From positions 186,001-250,000 of the forward strand of contig NW_020846595.1 of NCBI RefSeq assembly GCF_003704095.1: a DNA stretch of 64,000 bases, given 5' to 3'. The notes beneath the pieces are model-generated. The model saw only the letters and a program-made list of their open reading frames with translations. It was not told the origin of the DNA and made no database searches. Below, piece by piece: positions 25,086 to 36,309 of this stretch (position 1 is its first letter; each line of letters begins with the position of its first letter). This stretch comes from Pocillopora damicornis (Eukaryota). Position numbers and translations under genes: made by a program.

Positions 25086-27419
25086 GTTGCCTGATAAAAA
25101 GAAGAAACAAATTATAGCAAGTTCATTCAAAGCTTTGCTAAGGTTCTTTCCCTACTTTCCAAGTAGATTAAATTATTTTCTCCTCGTTATGGTTTCTCGT
25201 TAAGAGATCTTTCCAAATCGCCGTTATCGCCGTAACGATTGTCAAATATTCGACGAAACTACACCAACACAGATGTACAATTATTCTTAAAACATTGCTG
25301 AACTTTCTTAATAAATACATTCTCTTAACTATTCTGCCAAACAGGGAGGTTAAAATATTTACCCTCGGACATTCAGCTACAAATAAAGTAGTAATTAGGT
25401 TTAGATTTCCATTTCAGATTATTATAATCGATAACATTTAAGACACACAGTGACGGGGCCTCAAGTTGATAAAATAAACACAACTTACGAGATAATGCAA
25501 TTCGTACAATTCGAGTGGTTGAGTAACAGAAACAGAAAAAAACTGTAGTTATATTGCTATATTATAATGTTAAATGAGAAACAAGTTTTGAGTTAAATGT
25601 CTTTTTTGATTATCACTATGGCAATTATGTAAAATCTGAGACAAAGACGCCTACCTTTTTCTCAGGAAAACCTAAAATCCCTGATTCCTCGGGCAACACA
25701 ATCAAGAAATTGCTTCTTTGCTTTAAATGGGAGACGTTAGGATGCGCTAATCGTTTGCACTACCCGTTCGGGGTTAAAGCTTTTGATTGGCTTGTGAATG
25801 GTTATTCATGCATGACCAAACGATCCAATCTAACGACGTAATCGAAAAGCAATGGTCTATGACACGAGGCGCCCGTTTACACCGCTGGCCATTAATCATT
25901 CACGACTTACCGGTGGTCTGTCTCTAAGAGGCTGGTTCTATGCAAACAATCCTATATCCAAGTCTTTCATAACAGTTTTTCAACACTTTCATGGTGTTTT
26001 CATTGAGACGATGAAAACAACCTGTAAGCTATGAATCCATATGTATACCAAGATTTATGGACCATGAAGGAATATAAAAACCTTTGCTTAGGGGAGTCAC
26101 CGTTGAAAAATTGTTTGGTGCAATAGTCCGTAAAGGTCGTTCCATGCAATTTCCAAACCATAGCTTTAACCGTTTTATGTTACTGTCACAGACAATTGTT
26201 TTTTTAATTGACCGCTTGTTTTTTATCATTTGACTTCTTGACCTGTTATAGACTGATCATGAAATATCTGCTATTCAATTGCAGAAGATTCAAACTCACT
26301 TATCAAATAAAATCAACATTAAGGGTACTGATGCATCTAAAGCAACTTAAAGGCGAGGAAAACTTTTTATGATTGCCAGCAAAGCAAAAATATGAAAGAT
26401 GTGTCCGACAATACAAGAAGACAAATGTCCTCTTTCGAGTCATTTTCCAGGAATAGGCTGCAAGGAAATTTGGCGTTTCTGCACTGTCCTTTTCTTCCTT
26501 AAAATGAAGTGCCTAAGGAATGTTTAAAAACGTAATTCATAAAATAATAGCGTTTCTAAACCCACTCATGTCTAAATGGCTCCTGTATACACCATTTTCT
26601 TTGAGTAGCTATGCGGTTATCTACGTTTTTCTACGAGTTCATCTTGACATTCGTTTATGGTAAATTACCAACATTTTCTCCACTTTTATGAAAGCTACTA
26701 AAACAAACAGAAAGCAAAGAAACAAATTGAAGTTGAGAGTGAGGAGCGTTCAACGCGTCTTTTAATTTAGAACATTTATCGGTCTAAAAGAGTTTTGTTT
26801 TTTCATTCTTTTCTAGGAATTACTGGAAAAACTTTGTTCATCTTCTCGAGATTTCGCGTGGCGCAATATTTTCACTTTCAATCCGGTCATTCCATTTTAG
26901 TTTAGTGATTTTTGTTGTTGTATTTTTTGTTTGTTTGTTTGTTTGTCGTGATTGTTTTGTCTTTTTTCTGCTTTGTTTATTTATTCGGTCCTGCAGCAGG
27001 TATGTTGACTTACCTATTTACTTGGCAGAAACCTACCAAGTAAAGTGAATAACATAGGAAGCGTTTCATGAGCGCAGGAAGTGCAACTGAGCGGAAAATT
27101 CTTAACTGTATTGTAGAAAAGTACAATAAACCACTCAATATGTTTCTCATTAACAACATTTTATTAAGTTATTTGAATTCTGACGGGAACTTCAAGCTTC
27201 ATAAAGGAGCACACAAATTTGTCACTAGAACGCAAAATATTCTACAAAACGTCCGTACATAGATGTTATTATTACGTCAACGTAAAGAGTTTCCATTCGG
27301 TCGTTTTCTTGGCGAAGTAGAGTTCACCGCCGACGCCATAAAGATACACCATAAAACAACCCCATATATCACAACATCTGGTTCGCAGTCACTGTCCCTG
27401 TATGTACACGGCTGATAAC

Positions 27420-28583
27420 TTATGATGATCGCTTCTTGCAGCACATGGGTGGACAGGCTGGTGGACAGACTGGGGCGGGAGCGCAGCATTGTGGCGTGCA
27501 GGGTGGTGGGCATGGTGGGGCAGGCACGACTATTGGGGGAGGAGCCGGGACTGGACATGGGCAAGGTGGTGGTGGTGGCATGTATTCCCATACGTGTTGC
27601 TGGCTCTGAACGGTGGCTGGTGGAGGTGCTGGCTGAGGAGGAGCAGGCATAGCTGGAGCCTGAGGTCCCATATGGTGAACGTGGTGATGGTGGATGTGGG
27701 TGGTGTGGTGAATCTGCTGTGGTGGGGGAGGGGGTGGTGGTGGTGGGGCACAGCAGTAAGTTGGGCAAGTTGGTGCACACATTGGGGCGGTGCATTGGTA
27801 TCCGCATGGGATGGCTCCTCTCTTTTCTGTTGAGATACAACGTTATACTTTGGGTCACTTCATCGACGACTTCATGTGGTATAACTTTACACTTCTGTTA
27901 AAATCCGTATATTAGTGTAAGAACAAATATGAGTAATTTTTAAACAACTCATGATATTAATTTTGAATGATTTTCCCTGGAGACTACTCCAACCCATGAG
28001 AAATTCTACAAAAGCTGTGTCTATAATCATTTTCTAACTTTGTCACCACTGTCATCTTAACTTTACAGAAAAGTCTCAAAACCTTTACATGCAGCAAGAG
28101 GTACTAGGAATAGTAAAGGCGAAGGTCGTTACAATTTTACTTATAATCACGTGGTTATTCAACACAGGTACTGCGACATCACACAATTTGTTTTGAATTG
28201 TTCAGCTTACTGTCTTGTGTCGTGTAGATAGCAGTACATGGAAACTTTTTAAGAAAGTAAACTAAATGGAGAAATTCTGTTTAAAGGATTTTTTTCGCTC
28301 TAAAGAAGCGATAAACTGTCCAATATCCCTATCAATTGTGATTTGAAACCGTGACAACACAAGCATGAAATATTAACTGATTTCCTCTGACCTTAGCGAA
28401 ACCCTAGAGTACAAGTTCGCTCCGGATTTCCTCAATCCTTCGCGATTAGCATGATAATCAAGAAGAAATTCTACTTTGATTATTACGTAAAGAAGTAAAG
28501 CGAATTCGGTAGTACGCACCTTTAAAAGATTTGGCGCTGACGCACACGACGGCGGCTAAAAGGAGAACAACAAGACGGGCCAT
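27420..28583 (-). CDS. Minicollagen-type CRD/polyproline protein with His-rich insert, no collagen helix (gene CPP-B)
   Basis: Exons 28583-28520 (MARLVVLLLAAVVCVSAKSFK) and 27826-27420, giving EKR-GAIPCGYQCTAPMCAPTCPTYCC-polyP-QIHHTTHIHHHHVHH...CPPACPPMCCKKRSS*. 5'UTR donor at ~28873; AATAAA (minus strand) at ~27161. Confidence 0.9.
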
Positions 28584-31008
28584 TTCTGCAACTGAAAAAG
28601 AGAAGAGATTTAAAAGAGTCAACACGAATTATGAAGAAATCGTGAAAGATATTCCTGAGTGTTCAAAAAGTATCTTACGGTACTAACGTCAACAGATAAT
28701 GTTAAGAACACTTTATGATCTTCAAACAAACATTTAAAACGCGTTTTTACAATTGATTCTCTTGGATAATGATGATCGCAAGCAGAACAATTAAATTAAA
28801 ATCCAAACCTACAAAGTCACTCAAGTCGTAGAACCACTTGTCGTTATCGGCTATGAGGTTGTTAGTAACTTACCTTCTAGTCAGAGCTTGGATCTCGATC
28901 TACTGAGCGCGCTGAGAACTGATTTCGAATAGAGGATCTTATTAATTATGTCGACATTTGACCAGTCGCAGGTCTTAGCCAGATCAGTGGATTCCCATTG
29001 GCTGGCGATGACTTCGGATCACAAGATTTGAAGAAAGTCTATGAGTTATTCATAGTTTTGGTTGATTTCATTGCACACCTATGAGACCCTATGCAAGCCC
29101 CAATGACTCAAGAATTAAGTCATCGACATCACTGTGTCAATGTGGAAGCTGTGAGGCGCCGGCGCGTTAATTTCGTGGAAAAAGCATCCATAGGGACCTC
29201 GTGAATGCGTCCAGTTCTGATTTTTTTTGTGCGCGGCGATATTTTATTGCTGTTTGCCTTTGATCGATTCAGAAAATGCACGAAAATAAACTCTTTGTTT
29301 GTCGTTTGGCACCTGGTTATTGTTTGACATAAACCAAAACATTTTCGTTTGAAGATCAGGTACCAGTATGATGGGTGTAGCCAACCGTTGCATCACAGGA
29401 GACCGAAAAACTTGTCGCAAAATTCCTAATGTTCTACTAAAATCTCCAGTTTTCTTTTTAAGATATTTTATATTTCCACGAAATATTGAAAGTTCTCCTA
29501 CTGATGTAGGTGGAAAAAATTTGTTGGCACAATGTTATGTTATGCTGACTGAAGGACTGGTGCTTGTATTTAGCAAATTCATTTGGCGTTAAAGGATCGT
29601 TTCAATTTTAAGACGGCCTTGTCAACAAGATCAATTTTTTTCTCAAGATATAAATATTCGAGGTTAATTTCCATGGAAATACTTTGAGTCACGAGTGCCA
29701 TGTTCGATACCTAGGTAATTAAACTTTGCGAGAGATTCGATTTCCATTGAAAATATGGTGTCATCATAACAAGGAAAAAGTCTTGCAACTTTACATGACC
29801 GTTAAACAAATGAATACTTCATATTTATAACACCCTGGATTTTTGCCTTCAGTAAATACTGTACCCATGTTTACTTTCACTTTAAAATTAGGAGATAGCA
29901 ATATATGAAGTCTAGGGAGGAGCGAGAACAGACACAAGTACCAATTTTATCCAAACACCATGACCATAAAATTGAGCAACGTGCAGTATTGATCTTAGAA
30001 AAGACAACGGGATTCAGGGGAATAAGGACAATTAATTGAATAATTTCCCATTCTGTCTGGATCTGACTTTTTTTTTGTTACTCTTTGTTTATTGGTAAAC
30101 AAATAAGTCATGACCATGTTTACTAGGGTCACTGACCCTTATGAAATTTCAAATATCATTGTTAACCTAAGTACCAATGAATTAGATGGACAGGGGATTG
30201 TCTACTCACTGTATATAGATACTCTTTTATGGATAATAACGTAAAATCGGCTATACTATAACGGAGGACTAAATTGCTTGTCTTTTCTTTTTTGAGTAAA
30301 CGACTTGTGTACAGATTTCTGCGAAATACCAGATAAGATATGTGTTTTAATATTTCCTTTGTTTACCAAGTAAGGAGGGGACCCCTGAACTCCTGTCAGG
30401 TTGGGGCTGCGCGAAACAGTCTAAAGCTGGAAAATAATACCGAACAAACAGAAATTGATGTTATTTCAACGCACTTTTACCGCTCGATATGTGTGGCATG
30501 CAGTTACTCAACCTAAGATGGTAGACTTGGTTAAGACAAGAAGGACTGGGGGGGAGGGAGTGTGGCTGGTTAAGTTTTTCCTGTTTTTCTTTCTTGTATT
30601 AAAAATGATCTCTTTCATTGATGAAAGTTTATGTTCTAAAGGAGACCAAAAGTCCAGATATAAATATGCCGAATGTCTGAGGAGCTCAGTATTTTATTTT
30701 CTTCCAATATTGTCATAAAAACTATATATTTGGCTGCGGTCCGCTACTCTTGAGAATATACGAATAAACACAGTAAAATAACAAAAATTATAGTTTAAAA
30801 CGTTTCACCTTTAATTAAATACCAACAATAAGCACATGTACAACTTCGCTGAAAACTTCACATTGGTGAATCGAGGACTGCGTTTATATTCACAGGCGTA
30901 CAAGCATGCCAAATAAAGGCATATCGCATCGACAGCGCATCGTCCTGGACGCTAGACACCTCGTGTAACATACACCGAAAATAAACCTATCTATGAAGCT
31001 CCGAAAAG

Positions 31009-32531
31009 TTAATCGTCATCATCGTCTTTGTCGTCTTTCTTTTCTTCCTTCTGTTCCACAGCCTTATCTGATTTTTCTTCCTGTTTATCTTCCTGTTTCT
31101 CTTCTTTTGTGTCTTCTTGTTTATCTTCCTGTTTATCCTCTTGTTTCTGCTCCTGCTTCTCCTCCTCATTGTCCTCCTGCTTGGCAATCTCCTCTTCCTT
31201 CTTTTCTTCCTGATCATTGACGTCATCGTCATCATCAGCATTACCAGAGGCTTCATCCTCGATCTTTACCTTGTTCTTCTTACAACAGGCCACTGGGCAG
31301 GATGGTGCACACGTTTGGACACATGGGGGAGGGCAGGGTGGAGGTGGTGGTGGTGGGTGGACAATGTGGTGGACAACCTGGTGAACGTGGTGGATTCTCT
31401 GGGGAGGAGCAGGAGGGAGACAAGGAGGTGGGCAGGGTGGAGGTGGAGCAGGAGCCCATTGGTGGGAGTGATGGTGCATAACACTAGCGGTGTGGCATGG
31501 TGGAGGGCATGGCAGAGGTGGAGGTGGTGGAGGAGGTGGCAGCATATGGTGATGTGTTACATGGTGGATGTGGTGAACAGCCTGAGGGGGAGCTGGAGGG
31601 AGGCATGGTGGGGGGCATGGTGGAGGAGGAGCAGGTGCCCACGCATGACTATGAGAATGTTGCACACTATGGGTCATACAAGGTGGTGGGCATGGGGGAG
31701 GGGGTGGTGGGCATGGAGGGGGACAAGGGGGAGGACAGGGTGGTGGGCACGGTGGGGGTGGTGGTGGGGGACAGCATGTAGGAGGACAAGGAGGTGCACA
31801 TGACACTGCACATGGGCCGGCGCATTTCTTGGATCCTGGACTGGCCTTAGCTGCAAGATAAAAAAACGAAAATATGAATAATTGCATTCAATTTAAAGAC
31901 TAATTCGTTCTTGTAACGCTTTGTGCCGTTTATCACGGGTTTAATATGAACCAAATGATTATTTACACATTTGGCTTTGCGTAACAGGTGGTACACGGTG
32001 GACTACATGTGGCAAGAATTTTTCAGTTTCCTTTACAAAATGTGAGATTATATAATATATATATTTTCTGTCCACTTTTGCCTCTAGGTTCAATTTTTTT
32101 AAAATAATATCATTGTCAAAACTAAACAAGGATGCTACAAATACCAAGGATATGTTTTGAAAGTGTCCTATAGATCTCTTTGTCTCTCCAAGTGGAAAGA
32201 TCAAGATCTGATGATAAACACACAATTACAAGTCGCGAATTACCAATTCTTGCCTTAGATGAAGGAAAGATATCCATTGACATAATTTCTGACATTTCGG
32301 TTTCTTCGAAAACCTTCGATCAGAGTTTACCCCAGTATCTCTTTTATCTCGGGAAGTGATATTCTAAAAGTGATCGGTTATTTCACAATTCAAAATTCTG
32401 TCACTAATTTAAATTGAATTTAAAACTGAAAGCTTACCTTTCTTGATTTTATTAGCTTTTGGATGTTTGCCGGCTTCTACGAAGACAACGGCCGCTATTA
32501 AAAGACAGACTAACAGGGCCTTTGTAGCCAT
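31009..32531 (-). CDS. Minicollagen-type CRD/(CPPP)n protein with four His-rich blocks and an acidic tail, no collagen helix (gene CPP-C)
   Basis: Exons 32531-32438 (MATKALLVCLLIAAVVFVEAGKHPKANKIKK) and 31850-31009. N-terminal CRD CAGPCAVSCAPPCPPTCC, C-terminal CRD CPPPCVQTCAPSCPVACC, then a ~85 aa D/E/K/Q tail. 5'UTR donor at ~32893. Confidence 0.92.
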
Positions 32532-35500
32532 GATTGGGCTCTGAGAATATGCAAAATTAAAAGCCATATATTAGATCTGAGTAAATCACATAGGCAAGAT
32601 GAGTTTCACTATTTGATTTACGAGTGTAAATTAAAGACCGCGCTGAGACTTGGTGATACGTAAGTAGGTTGTCTACAGTGGGTTGACAAACACTTCTTTT
32701 CCTTTAACAAGTCTGAGGTAGGCGGTTCGTTTCCCTTTCTTCTACCAAGTCACAATCCCACGCTGTATTGTAATAAAAGTGAAAAACGCGGTTTTTGGCT
32801 CGTCTGTTTTCTATTAGCCTGGCTAGCTGTACCAATTCCCTTGAGCTTAGTCTCTCCATTTGGAAACTGTATCATAAAACTTGCGAAACTCACCGTATCT
32901 CTGTGGCTACTCCCGCAAACTCGGATTGAATTATGATAAACTGCAATAAAACGTTTTATGCCAGGGCCCCGGTAACACTAAATTATTTACCAGTCTTTGT
33001 AATCCCTGATTCACTAAGGTCAGGACCGTAGGGCGTTAATTATTCACGACCAGTGAGGTGATTTGGGTCTCGCGCGTAAGTTCATATTTCGGGAAAAAGA
33101 CGAAATTTTTGCTGCTGGACATTTTGATTTCGCTTGAAATATCCACCAATGTTATCATGTAATTTTCAGTGATAGAGATCCATTAGTATTGTTTTTAGAA
33201 AGGTCATTATCTAAGTTTACAGTTCTCGGATCAGGTCAGTACGTGTTGTTAATATTTCAGTATTCACCAGTTGTGTCGTTAGAAATGACAAGGAAACACC
33301 AGAAATTTGTAGGAAAACCGCTTTGGGAGCCCATTTATCCTCTATTGTGCGTTTAAACCTTAGATAATTACTAATCTAGACCCCTACATCTTTATAGAGG
33401 AAAGTTATTACCACGTGAAATAAACTTTATTTCGCAGTCCGAAATCACTGAGATTCCAGCGTATAACAAAATAATTTCGCACCAAGACATTTTATTTTGA
33501 CTTTCGTCTGGAATACCTGTTAGTGGAAAAGAGTTAATCGTTTGCTATTTAACGTTATTTCAATAACTGAAGTGCTTTTCCAACCATCATTGGCGTGATA
33601 ATGATACGACATTAAGAAAAGGGGGAAGTTTATCGAGGGTACACGCCCTGTTGTTAAACCACGACTACCAAATTTGATGTTCATACGGATCATTCGATTT
33701 GAAGACACCTCGCTTTGTCTGGCAGAAATCAATATTTGGATCTTTTATCTTTTACAGTCGTATCTTAATATTTGGAAAGTGGAAGAAAAATTACGACAGA
33801 GGGCTGTTGACAATGTGCTAACAGATAAATTGTTTGTAGAAATCAATGATAAACAAACCTATAACTTGTAAGTCGATGGGCGAGTGAAACCTGAATGCAA
33901 TCTTTTGTTCGCTTTGCTTGTGGTTTTTGTTAATTGTCAAGCGAAGATTCTTTAACTACAGAAATCGGGGTATTGTTTCCTGGACAAGATGCATTTTATC
34001 TGAACGATGCAATTTATTTTGAATGCAAACTTTTAACAAAAAAAATTATCGCAACTCAGTGTGTTGTGAAAAATTGCTTTGACTTTCATGTCATCCAGAC
34101 GGTTTTTTTTTCTTTTAACCTTGTGTTAAGTTATGAATAATGTTCATACTTGAAAGAGCCTTTACTCAGGAAAATTGACATTTGAATCAGTTAATTCGCA
34201 TGGGTGCATTTTGGTAAGAGAGTTTTCAAAGAGGCAATTAACAAACAGACCGAAAGGCAAATAATTAAACTACCGACGCAATTCTCCTTTTCTTAACCTA
34301 TCAAAAGGCGTGGAAGAATTCAACAGAAAACTCGTTCGAATTTAGCAGCAAAGAAAAATTTCACCCTCTGAACATGGTCACCTAGCTTCTATCAACGGCT
34401 TAATCTTGAGTGATACACACGCGAAAAAAAAAACATTATTACTGACAAGTCCTAGAGTCAGTTATATTTAAATTTGTTTTGTCGCTCAAATCAGGCATAT
34501 GATATTTGCAGTTTCTGTGGAGGCTATTTAGAAGAGTTTCATTGCAAAAGGTTGCTACTTCCACTGTAACAAGATGGCTATGCTGGAGAAATAAAACAAA
34601 TCCTTCTTAGACAAAAAACAAATAAATAAATTCAATTCAGCGTCACACTGCATGAGAAGACTGTCAGTATAACCAGGTGCTTTTGAGTAACAGCTCATCC
34701 TCCATCGCAAACGATGTTGGTTTAAAAGGAAAATTAACCACTATATATCAAATGAGGAGTTATTTTCTCTGGGGTGTACAAATCGTCTAAGGTGCAGCGA
34801 AAGTAGTTTCGCATTTGGCTGATGCGCGAGTTTTTTAAGTGCCAACGAAAAGTAATTAAAACCAACACCGAGCAGTCTAGCATCACTTGAAACTCTCAAT
34901 TTAAAGTTACCCTATCATTCTTGCTTTTTTATTCATTATGTTCTTTGAAATAAATTAAAGTAAAAAATGAGGAAAAGCTGACAGCACATGCCCCAAACGT
35001 GGCGGACGCGATGCTCTACGCCCTCTGCAAAACCAGGTACTGTTCAAATGTTTTTAAGGTACCAGTGACAAAGGTAGTGAACCAGGCATTTTAAAAAACA
35101 AGCAGCTGTCTAGGAGACAAACACAATATAGAGGGCTTTTCGATTGACATTTTCTTAATTTTTTATTATTAAAAATACAGTTTTCCGACCAACATTTTTA
35201 TAACCTCATTATCTATATGTACAAGACTTTCGCCAACACGAAAATGTAGATTGTGTTTTAATATTGAACTAAATTTCAGCAGTTTAGCATACTGTTAACG
35301 TTGTCGATACATCTGAACCTTCGTGTACAAAAATACGTCTATATGGTGTAAATCTAAGAGCTCTATTGAAATGTGGGTGGGAATGTTGAATTAAAAGCAT
35401 CACTTTCTCTGTTTGGATTTCCGTTTTGATAAGTTGACTTTTAAAGAATCTTGACAGAATGTCGCAAACGTTTACCAGTAACGCCAAGTTCTGTTCACTT

Positions 35501-36309
35501 CAAAACTAAGCTATACATTAAAACCTATTCATCTCTGAGGATTACCTCAGGGGAGCATCGGGCTAAGAGACCAAGAAGAACTCATTACAGAGTTAATTCC
35601 CTCGAGTTATTTTTAGATTCGAGGTATCTGTTCTCCTAGGGATCATGCTGCACGTGACAAGGGAGTCGCTTGAATCCTTTGTTGAAGAAACACAAATCGC
35701 TGCATGGAATATCCAAACACAACTTGCGACACATGATTAGTTAATGTACATCTTTAGGAATCACTACACACGAGAGAATCCGAGCATTATCATTATTATT
35801 ATTATGACGCGCGAATGACATCTCCAGTTGATCCTCTCTAATCAGAACTGAAATTTTGAAGTATTCTTCCTTATTTGGATTGCACACGACAGCCCATACA
35901 AAGCTTATAAAACTGACTATGCTAACAGAATCACTTATTATTGACTGCTGGACAGAATATCCTGCAGAGTCCTACAAATACTATAAACTACCAACAATTG
36001 TGAGCCGAAAAGTTTCAGAGGGAAAAAAATAATCATTAAATCTGTTACTAAGTCAGTACCACTGTTCCAAAACAGTGTTTACTCTAAGTTCATGTTGTCA
36101 TTGCAAACTTGCACTTTTTCAAGGACATCATAAAAACCTCTTAAATCGTAGTCTTCTAGTTGCTGTATTCCTCCCGAATTATTTTCATGACTTAAAAAAT
36201 AGTTCTTTAAAATTAAGTAACGCACCGGGGTTTCACTTAGGTGTCACGCAACATTCCTAGTTACAACTCAAAGGGATAACTTTTTTTGCAACGTTTTTAT
36301 CCTCCAACT

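Noticed and set aside
31117-31803. Long antisense or alternate-frame ORFs over the CPP genes (also 27277-27858 and 22827-23243)
   Set aside because: Shadows of Pro/Cys/His codon-rich sequence that lacks stops in other frames.
21096-32531. Calling CPP-A/B/C true minicollagens (NCol)
   Set aside because: None has a Gly-X-Y repeat; only the CRD, polyproline and propeptide are shared.
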